In this document: positions 1 through 18,400 of the stretch, piece after piece
Numbering within the stretch: the first letter of the stretch is position 1
Layout: each line of letters begins with the position of its first letter
Origin: Entomortierella parvispora E1425
Taxonomy: Eukaryota; Fungi; Mortierellomycota
NCBI GenBank assembly: GCA_020891255.1
Contig: BQFW01000007.1
Span: forward strand, 1,426,001-1,490,000
Length of the DNA stretch: 64,000 nucleotides
Reading direction: 5' to 3'
The notes under the pieces: model-generated
Told to the model about the DNA's origin: nothing
The model's input: the letters and a program-made list of their open reading frames with translations, nothing else
Database searches by the model: none
Made by a program: the position numbers and the translations under genes

Positions 1-1569
1 TGGCGCACTGCAGAGCGCATCCACGGGCCACGGCCTCATCCTGGTTCAAAGTGGAAGAAAGCTCCTTTTTGAAAAAGGCCGCAATGCGCTCCTTGAGGGC
101 AGGGATACGAGTCGAGCCTCCGACAATCTCCACGGCATCGATATCATCCACAGTCATGCCTGCTCCCTCCAAAGCCTGCTGAAGAGGGGCTTCCACACGT
201 CTAATCAGGTCCTTGGCCAACTCTTCAAACTCGGCACGGGTCATCATCGAGGCGACGTCACGGTCCTCCATGATGGATTCGATGTTTAATGGAGCCTGGG
301 CGTTGGCAGAAAGGACCTTCTTCAACTTTTCGCATCCAGTCATCAGACGGATCATAGCCTTGCCGTTTGACTTGACGTCAATCTTGTACTTGTGCTGGAA
401 CTCGGCCGCAAAGTGATCCAGCAACATGCGGTCAAAATCGCGTCCTCCAAAGTGGCGATCAAAGGCGCGCGACTTTACCGTAAGCTGACCCTTGACAAAG
501 GATACAATGGAGGCCGTGTAGGTAGAATGGCCCACATCCACAAAGCAGATGTTGCGGGGTTTATCCTCGGGCAGGTCCGTCTTTGTGATACCATAGCCCA
601 GGGCAACGGCAGTCGAGTCGTTCAAGAGTCTCAGCACGTTCAAACCTGCAATCTCAGAGGCGTCCAAAACAGCGCGGCGCTGGACGTCGGTGAACCAGGA
701 AGGAATGGCAACAACACAGTCCGAGACAGGGAGCTTGGTCTCATGCGTAGCAATCTCTTTTATCTTTGTGAGATACATGGCAAAGAGTTGGACAGTGGTG
801 AAGGCCGTTTCTTGTCCTTGGTAGTTGACCTTGACGGCCAACTGGCCATTGATGTCGACCAGAGGAGCCGTGAGGTACCTTTTCTCAATCTCCTGAACCT
901 CCCGATCTGCAAAGGTGCGACCGACAATTCGCTTCAGTGACGAGACCGTGTTCTTGAAGTTTGAGATCTCTTGCGTCTTGGCCGTCTCTCCGAGATAACG
1001 TTGCTTTGGACCAAATGACACCAGGGTCTATCAGCGGGGTGGCACAGGATTCGATCTGGTTAGATTTTCTTTTTGTTGATATTGTTGTTGGGTGGGTGGT
1101 GGTGGCCCTGAACATTTTTTTTTTTTTGTTGTTGTTGTTTGGTCTTGATAACTCATGCCATGCCCGCACAGCGGTATTATGCAATCTTTCATTATTATCA
1201 TTTTTTTGCCAGGGTCCCCTTATCCCCTTGTCCTTTGAAGAAAGGTCCCCATCATGCAAAGGCTGTCCAAGCAAACAAGACGATCAAGAGTGGGGAGGAA
1301 AAGAATAAACAGAATAAACTTACGGGTGTGAATCTGTTGGAAACCTCATTGACAATAACATCAATACCGCGGTTTCTGGCCACGGCAATGACCGACTGCA
1401 GGTTTCCGAAATCAATACCTGGACAAGGGAGAGAGAAAAGAGTGAGAAAAGAAGAGGTTAGTCCAGACCTAAGTCGACGAGTGTGGGACATGGGGACTGC
1501 GAAAGTGACTATGAAACAGGCTCCAAGGCGGAGCTGGAAGGCAGACTTGAACTTACCGACAACCGACAT
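1..1569 (-). CDS. SSE1: Hsp110/Sse1-type Hsp70-family nucleotide exchange factor; 5' part only, runs off the window start
   Basis: Spliced N-terminus MSVVG|[31 protein letters not shown]|[28 protein letters not shown]. Exons 1569-1557, 1418-1324, 1027-<1 with GT-AG introns. Confidence 0.93.
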
Positions 1570-3003
1570 GGTGGTATGTGTGTGGAATGAGAAGAGGAAT
1601 GAAGGGAAGGAGAAAAGGGGGAAAAGAAGCAAGCTAGAGGTGAAACAACGCAAAGAAAGGATGCAGATGCAGGGGATGGGGGAGAATGAGGGAATGAGAG
1701 AGAAGAGAGAAAGATCAGTTCGAAAGATCACTCCTTTTTAAAAAGAAAAAAAAAAAGAGAGACAACGCGCGCGCACGGGCAGAACGAGACTTGAGCTCTG
1801 AGCCAGTGTAAGACACACTCGATCAGGAAGAAGGTGTGGGCGTTTTAGCGCATGTCGGCCTGCACGTTGCGCCAGTGACGACGAGAGGGTTCCACGAGGT
1901 TCGAATGGCTTCCATGGCCCGAGTACCCCTAGGCGTGGATGGATGGAATGCCTAGGAATGAAGACGGGACGAAAAGAGGACGAGGCGAGAGGGAAGGGGA
2001 TCCAGGGAAGGGATCCCGTCTCTCTGTCTGTCTGTTTCTTTTCTCTCTTCTGGTACCCGTCTCTCGCCCTTTCGTCTCCTCCCTCTCTCTGTCTCTCGTT
2101 TGACTTCTGACCGTGCCCGCGTCGATCCCGGGTGCCTTTCGCCTGCAAATCAGTCTACGAATCACATCACGTGCAAGACAGCTTTATTTAAGGGTGTATT
2201 CTATCAGACTCGCTGGATGATCCATGATGAGTCCGTTCGAACTTCAAAGGTGACAGCCCGTCTGGCAGCTGAGTCCTATCGTCGGACCAGCAAAAGACTC
2301 TCTGACTCGCAATTATGACTGACTCTTTCGACTGGGCGTGTCTGTCTATCATCCGTCAGTCATCTGTCTGGGATAAGCATCCGAGTCCGTTCCTTTGGAC
2401 ACCCTTTCCGTCACTGCTGCAGGGAATCGACCATCGCCGAGACAGAACGAGCAGGTTCACGCGCACGCACCGATGCCACCAAACTGTGCCTCTTTTTTTT
2501 TTTTTTTTTGTTCTTCTTCACTTCCTTCTTTCACTTTTGTCCTGTGCTGATCGCTCTCTGTGATTTAATCTTTTTCTTTCTCCCCTTGCCCTTCATTTCC
2601 TCCCCTCTTTTCTCTTTTCTTCCCATTCACACCATCCGCTGCAATCAAGAATGTCGCCCGTCTTTGCTCTGTAGGGCTGCAGAGTGATCATCGGCACCAA
2701 AGTACTCCTGTACTTCATTCTCCCACACACATACCTTTCCCCATCGCACATTCATTACACACGCGACCCATTCTCCGAGTGGCACATACGCTCGTGCACT
2801 CAGAGCACCCATTGGCTTCTTTCTCCCTTTTTTTAACAAGCACCCCAGCAACAGCAGACAACAACAGCAGCAGCAACTAAAACTACAACAGCAACAGCAG
2901 CGCTCCCACTCCTGGAACATTCCTTTTGCCTCCAGAAGCAACACCATCCCATTCCCCTCAAAAAAAAAAAGAAAAAGGTCTTAATGCATAGCGCAACACC
3001 ACC

Positions 3004-9378
<6,375 letters not shown>

Positions 9379-9860
9379 GGCGTCATTTGCGCCGAGAATG
9401 CCTCTTTCGCTTTCTCGCTTTTATGTTTCTTGCTTCGCCAGTAATAAAGAGTTTTTATAAGTTCCTCTGGGTGCACTGTGTAGAGGGCGAGAAAGTTTGA
9501 AGGGTACATCCAAGGAGGATTGAAAACGTCGCGCTTTTCTTGGAATGTACTCAGTTGATCGTTTCCCTGGAAGGGAGGTTGGGTCCAAGTCGAGTGATGA
9601 GGGCGTCCGTTGATTTGGACGTCGAGAATGATATGTGCAACGGAGCCCTGTGCAATTTCTCAGGGGAAGGAAGATCGAGCGATATGCAGGTCCTCCCGAC
9701 TGGCAATTGTTCGTGCGTGTGGATTGTCCCGGCCCTCCCAAGGTTAAGTTCATCCAAGAGCCCGGCGCTGCTCTTCTCACATGTCTTCATCTTTCCTTTT
9801 TCGCATCCCTTCATCCTTTCACTCATTTACTTTTCTTTCATTCTTCCACATCTCTCTTGA

Positions 9861-11735
9861 ATGGCGTCCCCTGAGCCGCTCCATCCACTTTGCATGGCTG
9901 CCGCCCAAGACGGCACTGTCTATGCAGTAGCTTTGGCCTACTGGGACGTTTACAGATATACGGTCAGCCGTGATCCAGATTACCTTGTCGCCCTCAAAGG
10001 CTCAAGCTTTTCCAATCTTGCTGAGGACATGGTGTGGGTGCCTCTTACCGCCACGTCTCGAATGAATACCAACATCATGGCTGATCAGAAATACTATCAT
10101 CTCTGTGCCGTATCGGACGACCAAACACAATTCATCCTTCATACCAAGCCAGCAGACAATTGGGTCTGGGACAGATACCCTCGCACATTCTCGACCCGCA
10201 TTATTCTATCAGGGCCACATAGCAACAACACAGTGAACCCCACAATGATAATGACTGTGGACTGGCCCAACGTTACCGCAAACCAAGTAGTATATCCATG
10301 GGCGATGGCTTCCGTTCAGGACCTAGCATCGGCCAATACCACAGATGATTCGTCCATCTCTTCAACAACAACGCCTCTGTTTGCAGAATGGGTCCGATTT
10401 TCTACCAATTTCCATGGCGCAGATTGCATGCAATCCATCAGCGGTGCCTTCTCGCAATTGCCCCGCCCCGTTTATTTTGTAAGTCGTGACACAATGCTTG
10501 CCAACTCGTACCCTTGGCCGCCTTCAGCACTGATGTTAACCCCCTAGTTTTCAAAGGAAGGGGCGATCGCAGGGGGGCCTGATCTTATCTTTTCCGCTAT
10601 GACTGTCTATGAGAAAACGATCTATGTTCTATTATCTACGCCACAGACGGCCCTCTTGGTGACACCTTTCACGTCCTTCAATTCATCATCACCTACTCCC
10701 TTTCCGCCGTCACTGACAAGCACCCAGAAGATCGTGATCCAAAACATAACGGCTTGCGATTCCCAGTCTACTGCAATGACTGTTCAAGGATCCGTGGCAT
10801 ATATTGTCTGTATTTCCTCAGTAAGATATATACTCCAATGTCCTTTTTGAGAAGACCTTCTCTTACTTGCTCATTCTTGCGTCTAATACAATCCCGACAA
10901 AAAACATATGCTCTTGGCAACACAGCTATATCCCGCACCATGTTTTATCCAAGTGAACATTCTAACAGGATCTATAAGTCAGGTCCGGATTACATTCGCC
11001 AACAAAGCCATTGCTAAAAAGAACTGGATGGATGAAACCATGACCCCTTCTCTTGTAGCTGTTTCGAATCAGTCCTTCATTTATACCGATAGCCTGGAGT
11101 TGCCAAGACTGTACTACAGCATCGATATGAATGGAAACATGGACAACTATACCTTGGGAAACGTTCAATTGTTCTCGAGTAACAATTTGAATCCAGACTG
11201 GTGGAATTCTCCGCTGACTCTTTCTACCGCTTCCTCGGTAATGGTATCTATTTTAACTTTCCTCTTGGCCGTACTCTTGATCTGGGCGTATGAAAAACTC
11301 CTGAAGCGACGAAGGAGTACATGGATTGATGACGCAGATGTCCCTGGGTCCAAGGTGGCGGAGGAAATGGACGACGAAGCTTTCTGGGCCTATCAAAGGG
11401 ATGAGCAAGTGCGAGTTCGGCATCGTGATGTCCAAAAGGAAAGCAGCTCTGGTCGCTCACCCGACCAGAATCCACTAGCACCCCACGCGAATGTCTTTGT
11501 GTCTTCACCATTTGAAACATCGTACACCACAACAGCAGTGGCCAGTTCTCGGGATTTCTTGAGAGAGCGTCACTCTGGCCCTTTGCGAGAGCAGCTTGGG
11601 CTTTCAAACCACCCAAGGCCGAACGTAGTCACTACCATCCCAGATGAGGAGTCTGACGATCTGTCCTCCTTCAGACTTCCTTCAGCACCAGTAGAACCTT
11701 CAGCTCCAGAACTGCCTACCTTGTACCACTGTTGA
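9861..11735 (+). CDS. Uncharacterised single-pass membrane protein, HPRPN family copy 1 (~566 aa)
   Basis: Exons 9861-10478, 10548-10820, 10926-11735, all phase 0. TM SVMVSILTFLLAVLLIWAY followed by KRRR; C-terminal LGLSNHPRPNVVTTIPD; three paralogs in the window. Confidence 0.85.
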
Positions 11736-12122
11736 ATATACCTTCAGGTTTGCTCTCATCGACTTACAAAAAAAAAAAAAAAAAAAAAAACAGGGCTGAA
11801 GTGTTGCAAACTTGCAAGCGCGTCAAGTTCACTGGAGCCCTGTCGGTAACTGCATCGATGTGCATGTACCTGTTTGTTGTCCATGAACCCCTGTCGCCCT
11901 CGTGGGCTGTTCTGTGTCCGTCGGATGTTCCACATCCAAGACTGCAGCCCAAGAGAGCCCGCCACTGCGCCCATATACATCTTCTTCGGGGGAAGAAAAC
12001 ACAGAAAAGTCTCTTACTGACAGATCTCATCCCTCCATCCCTTTATTCATTCACTTCTCATTCACTTCCTTCTCATTCACCTCTTTTCTCTCTCTCTCTC
12101 ATCCCTCCACCCCTGTTCCTGA

Positions 12123-13946
12123 ATGACAACCCCTGAGGCACTCCACCCGCTCTGCATGACTGCTGCCCAAGACGGCACTGTCTATGCAGTGGCTTTGGCC
12201 TACTGGGCAATTTACGACTATACCACCAGCCGTTATCCAGATTACCTTGTCGCCGTCAAAGGCTCAAGCCCCTCCGGTCTTGCTCAGGACATGGTTTGGA
12301 CCCCTCTTACCGCCACGGCTCGAACGAATACCAACATCATGGCTGAAAATCAATATGACCACGTATGTGCAGTATCGGATGACCAGACACAGTTCATCAT
12401 CCATTCCAAAGCCGGAGACAAATGGCCCAGGGACAGATATCCCAGCACCTTCTCGACCCGAGTCATTCTATCAGGGCCACATAGCAACAACACTCTGAAC
12501 CCCACATTATGGACGACCCTAGACCAGCTCGACAATAATGATCTTCAACCAATAGATCCGTGGGTGATGGTTGCTGTCCAGGACCTGGCGTCTGTCAATA
12601 CTACGAATACTACGTCCACCTCATCGACAACATCGAGTCTGTTTGTCGAGTGGGTCCGGCTTTCTACCAATTACAACGGTTTAAATTACATGCAGTCCAT
12701 CCAAGGCTTCTTCTCGCAGCCGCTGTCGTCATTTGCTTTTGTAAGTGTGTGTAATGCCTGTTAACCACCAATCCCACAGTACCTCCAGTACTGACAAAAG
12801 CCCTCTAACAATCATAGGGAGGAAGTTTGGCGGCTGCATCCAGCCTTAGCTTGACCGCCATGGCTGTCCAAGGGAAAATGTTCTATGGCCTGTCCCCTTC
12901 GCCCCAGGTATCCCTCTTGGCAACACCCTTGACGTCCTTCAACTCGTCCTCATCTCCACACTTTCCTGCACAACTGACAATCACCCAAAGCATCGCGATC
13001 CAAAGTACAAGTGGCTGCGGTGCCAAGTCTTCTGCCTTGACTGTTCAAGGATCCGTGGCATATATTGTCTGTATTTCTTTGGTAAGATATATACTCCATG
13101 TCTTTTATAAGGAGACCATTGCCTACTTGCTCTTTCTCGCGTCTAACATGGCCTTGACAACATTCTCATGTCTCAATAATACAGGACTATCCCTCTCCTC
13201 CCCCAACCTTTATGACGGTTAACATTGAGAGCGGGTCTGTAACCCAGTCTCCGATTACGTATGCCAACAAAGCCATTGCTCGCAAGCAATGGAGTTACAA
13301 AGCCATGGCGCCGTCGCTAGTTGCACTTTCGGATAAATCCTTCATTTATAGCGATGGCCTGGAGTTGCCAAGACTGTACTACAGCATCGACATAAATGGG
13401 TACATGGACAACTATACCTTGGGAGACGTTCAATTGTTCTCGAGTAACAATTTGAATCCAAACTGGTGGAATTCTCCGCTGACTCTTTCTACTGCTTCGT
13501 CGGTAATGGTATCTATTTCAACTTTCCTCTTGGCCGTACTCTTGATCTGGGCGCAAGAGAAGTACCTGAGACGACGAAAGCGCACTTGGGTTGATGATGC
13601 AGACATCCCTGGTTCCAAGGTGGCCGAGGAGATGGATGAAGAGGCTTTCCGGGCCTATCAACGGGAAGAGCAAGAGCGAGTTCAACGCCATGTCGAAAAC
13701 CAAGCCAGCTTGGGTCGTTCACCCGACCGTGATGTGTACTCACCCTACGCGGATGTAACTGTGTCTTCGCAATTCGAAACATCCTATACGCCGTCGGCGT
13801 CCACTTCTCGAGATGCCTTGCGAGAATCCCACTCGGATCCTCTGGGACTTGGGCCGCTCGGGTTCTCAAGCCACCCCAGACCGAATGTAGTAACCACTAT
13901 CCCCGACGAGGAGTCCAATGATCAGGCCACTACCAGGCTTCCTTAA
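12123..13946 (+). CDS. HPRPN family copy 2 (~547 aa), tandem duplicate of copy 1
   Basis: Exons 12123-12740 (618 nt, same length as copy 1), 12818-13081, 13185-13946; same TM and LGFSSHPRPNVVTTIPD motif. Confidence 0.85.
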
Positions 13947-14453
13947 GCATCATTAGAATAGTGCGTCTCACCACCGTCAAATATACCATTGCATGAAACA
14001 GCCATCCCTTCGCTTTTGTTCTATCGCCGACGATGCAACGAACCTCAAGAATTCTACCACAGGATTGCCGACAAATATGTCACGAAGTTCGCTGTTAGAA
14101 CCACTTGAAAATAAGGCAGAGTGAAAGTCGAACTTTTTGCTTTTCTGCGTGCTCTTCAGTGAGCGCTCGGTTCCTTCCTTCACGACAGCCCAAAACAACA
14201 GCCGTTTGGATACTCTTTGACATGAGTTCTTTGCTCGAGTAAGGTTCTGTGTAACAAAAAGTCGCGACTCAGAAAAGGGGGTTTTTTTCTGTTCTTCTCG
14301 CGGGTCTCGACGACTCATTTCACATTGCACCCACCCCCACCTTTCCATTCAACGAGTCTCTCCCATAATCGGCCCTTATGGATGGCCGCGGCCCCCAATA
14401 TTGTTATTATTGCTACTACTACAGTAGTAGTAGTAGTAGTCCTCCACCAAGCT

Positions 14454-14481
14454 GGTCGGTCGGTCGGTCGGTCGGTCGGTC
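14454..14481. repeat. (GGTC)7 microsatellite
   Basis: Seen directly; abuts the GCGACCA repeat array. Confidence 0.9.
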
Positions 14482-14490
14482 GTTTGTGTT

Positions 14491-14696
14491 CGCTACTAAA
14501 AAAAGGAGAGCAATCAAATTTGCGACCATGTTTGCGACCATGTTTGCGACCATGTTTGCGACCAAGTTTCCTTTCTAGGTTTGCGACCAGCTTTCAATGC
14601 CCATTTAAGGAATAACGACCAACTTCATTTCAAACATCAAAGACTTGGTCGCGAAAACTTGGTCGCAATACTTGGTCGCTCTCTCTACTCGTAGCC
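14491..14696. mobile_element. Degenerate CACTA/EnSpm-like terminal remnant or MITE: array of direct and inverted GCGACCA motifs
   Basis: Five TTTGCGACCA copies (14519, 14531, 14543, 14555, 14580) face three ACTTGGTCGC copies (14643, 14657, 14670). The left end CGCTACTAAAAAAA resembles CACTA termini. No clean TSD. Confidence 0.45.
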
Positions 14697-15475
14697 TCAC
14701 TTGCCAATAGCTCCGCGAATATCAATGCCAGGCCAGGGTGAGGAGAGACGGCGGCATTCGATAGACCTTGTCGTTGTTCTTGCAGTTGTGGAGCTCTCTT
14801 CCCTCCGCCATGGTGTTGCTTTTAAGGGTCGTTCTCGTGTTTCAGGAAGCAAAGAAAATGGGGTGACGATGTCAGCGCCTCTGATTGCAAGGTCGCAGAG
14901 GTGGGCAACGAGGTCACTTGGCAAGAGTATCAGCGAGAGCTGCGACAGGTATTGTTTGAGCATCACATGCAGGGTATCCAGCTGGTCGACCTTCGTGGAC
15001 AAGATCAGATCTCGTTTCAAGTCATCTTAGACGTAATGTTGTCACAGTCGTCTCGATAAAGCCTCTGGCGAAAACTAGATTGAGCCATAATTCTTCAGTC
15101 CCTTTGTCCCTGCAACCTCTGCTTTCCATTGCCATTGTACCATATGAATCACAAACACGTTGAATCTTGGGGGTACAGTGGTTGCTGACAAGGGCTGGTT
15201 TCTGAAGATCGCAAAAATGAAGACGCGATGTACTTAAGGGTGTGCGTGATCCAACGCGCTTCTTTTTTTTCTTTTTTTCGTCCAGGGGCCCCCTAATGTC
15301 TGACTGATTCACCCTTTCATCTTCCTATTTATTGACATCCTTCACCCGACTCTGCTTTTGAAGACAGTTTTGCAGAACCATAGAATCAAGAAACTTGCAA
15401 ACAACATTCAGGAAACACCACACGTCCATTTTACGGCGATTATTTATTTAATTCCAACATTTAAATCTAATCACC

Positions 15476-18400
15476 ATGTCGCAAACTCCTTCGTCTGCAA
15501 GAGCGGATCCAGCTCAGGACAGCGACAAAACATCAACAGGCGATCACAATTCCCAGGCAGTCAATGACCCAAACTCAACATTACCCGACTCTGCGGTCGA
15601 CCCTGCCTCAATGACCAGCCCAACGTCGACTCGGCCACCTCCATTACACTCTGCAGCGAGCGTGCCCTTGTCAATAGTACCCACCACAGCGTCACGGAAT
15701 AATCCCCCGCCTCTGCTGAGCCCAACCTTCAGACCTGGATCGCCTGTGAACCGGAAGCGCTCAGAGGTCAAGGATGACGATATCATCTCCAGCAACGAGT
15801 ACTTTTTCCAGAACGCAAGCTCGTTTTACAGCTTGAGCGGGTCAAGTGGCACCAGGAGCGGCGGAAGTGGGGGAGGCAGCGGGAGCGGTAGCAACAGCTC
15901 CCCTTTCCCGCCTCTCAAGAAATCAAAGACCTCCCCGCCGCTTTCGCATTCCAATCTCACCGCATACAGATCCTCGAAGGAAGCGCAGGATCCTCTCTCG
16001 CCACAAACGTCGCCCATCATGGAACCATTTGAGGCATTTGAGGCATTTGATGCTATATCGACAGAAACCATCTCCACCATCAACCTGGACGCGACAGAAG
16101 CGAAAACGACGACCCCGCCTTCACTTAGCAGGAGAAGTTCAGGCAGCACTCATAAGGCAGGAACACCCCCGCTCTTACGGGCTAGGACTATGGATGAAAT
16201 CAGCCCTAGGACCCTGGATTCCTCCGTTATCGATAGCTTGTCCAAAGCGAGTACGGACGCTATTGGGAACTTGACTCTCGGTGGTGGAAGTGGACGTGCC
16301 ATCTTGCCTGAGAGAGCTATGGGAGTGATCACTAGCCGGCCCAGCAGTCGTCAGGGAAGTCCAACCGTGACAATGACCAGTCGGGAATCGACACCCATGT
16401 ACACCGATGATTTTTCAGCCCATGACAGCCCCCACCCACTCAGTCGTGTCAACAACAACAAGAGGGAACACTCTGTGACACCAAGCGAGGACACTCTGAG
16501 CTCAGAGGAAGGCTTTCGAAGGGGAAACATTCTCGACACACTCGAGGATTACAATGAGGAAGCCGATCCGGATTACGAACCTGCAGCCGACACCACAGTG
16601 GACGAAGAAGGCGACACGAGGCAGTCCTCGGTGGATCCAGACGATGAGGACAGTTTTGGAGAAATTGACGAGAACAATATTCACAATGCTCAGTTTGAAG
16701 TGGGCTTTAGTGATGACGATGGCGCCTTCTATGGTATTTTGGACGACGATGATGAGACAGTCGATCCTGCAGATATTTTCGTGGACACGGACCCTGAATG
16801 CAAGGATCGATTCACAGAGGAAGAGATTGCGGCACTGGATGAGGAAGCCAGGACAGAAGGTACGGTCGTGGATAGTTTTTTTCGGTGACATATATCTCGA
16901 TATGACGACCTGCTGACGTTTTCTGGTGGTTTACTCCTCTAATCCGATTTTTTTTATTTTTTATTCTATATTTTTCGTTTAGGCATTGCGCATATGATCC
17001 AGAAATACGTGATGACAGATATACACCCAATGAAGAAGTTGCTGCTGATGTTCTTCCCTGATACCGAGATTGTAAGTTGCGGAGCAGACTTCATCGCTAA
17101 AGACGCCGTCGTAGCCCTCCTCGGTCTAACCCTGTGCCATATGATTGATATACGTAGGTCGCTTTCCCCAAGGGCATGTCCAAAATCCAGGTGTTCGAAT
17201 ACCTCTCCAGCAAATGGCAGGAGGACTTGAGCAGACGCAAGCGCTTGGAGCATGTGCACAAACTGGAGCAAGTGATTGAGCTACTGAAGACCTCCAAGAA
17301 GATCATGGTTCTGACGGGTGCAGGAGTGTCTGTCTCTTGCGGCATCCCTGACTTTCGGTCCCCGGATGGTATTTATTCGCGACTCTCTGAATTTCAACTG
17401 CGGGATCCACAGCAGATGTTTGATCTTCGATTTTTCAGGAGGAGACCAGAGATCTTTTATTCGTTTGCAAGGGAGATCTTCCCTAGCAACTTCACGCCCT
17501 CGCCAAGTCATAACTTTATCAAGCTGCTGGAGGAGAAGGGAAAACTCTTGAGAAATTATACCCAAAACATTGACACTCTTGAGCAAAAGGCAGGAATCCA
17601 CAATATTCTGCAATGTCATGGTAAGAATGAGCCCCAGTATCATGCGTCCTGCTGAGGCAAGGAAAATATACTAACAGCAGTACATTGCCCTTTTTTAGGC
17701 TCATTTGCCACAGCGAGTTGTGTCCGCTGTCATCATCAGGTCCCAGGAGATGAGATCAAGGATGCCATTTTCAACCAACAGGTTGCCTATTGTAAGATAT
17801 GCACTGAAGGAGAAAGTGAGCCATCCATTCCTCAGACATCCAGTTTGAAGCTACCGACAGCTTCCAACAGAAACATTAGCAAACCGAGAGTCAGCTCGAG
17901 TTTGTTGGATGATAGTGACAGCAGCAGTTCTTCGGAAGACGAGCTGGATCTGAATCCACCAGCGTTGATGAAACCAGACATTGTCTTTTTTGGAGAACCC
18001 TTACCATCTGGCTTTAATGACCACTTGGAAGATGATCGGCTCGAGGTGGATCTCTTGATTGTGATTGGAAGCAGTCTGAAAGTGGCTCCTGTCAGTAATA
18101 TCATGAGTAAGTGCCGAAATATCTTGTATATTTTCGCGAAGGAATGTACCATCTTGCCGTACTCTTTTCTAACCATCTTTTTGATATTCATTCTAGTTCG
18201 CCTTCCACCAAAAGTTCCGCAAATTTTGATCAACAGGACACCAATCACCCACACGGAATTCGACGTTCAACTTTTGGGCAACTGCGACACCATTGTAGCA
18301 GAGCTCTGTCGCATGGCGGGATGGGAGCTTCATCACGAAAAATTACCCGAGGGAACCTCGAACGTCGCCAACATGGATACCAATACCAATGCGGATGGTG

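Noticed and set aside
392-940. Long plus-strand ORFs opposite SSE1, and similar ones opposite ACL (56090-56995, 57077-58129) and other genes
   Set aside because: Antisense shadows of strongly codon-biased real genes; no independent protein features.
9595-9700. GTGATGA C-box-like motif between GCN2 and family copy 1
   Set aside because: No downstream CTGA D box and no rRNA-complementary guide.
14325-14615. ORFs with repeated FATM / RPCL peptides
   Set aside because: Translation artefacts of the 12-bp GCGACCA tandem array.
14697-15312. Minus-strand ORF fragments next to the CACTA-like array as a possible transposase remnant
   Set aside because: No recognisable transposase motif and the frames are broken; cannot be supported without a search.
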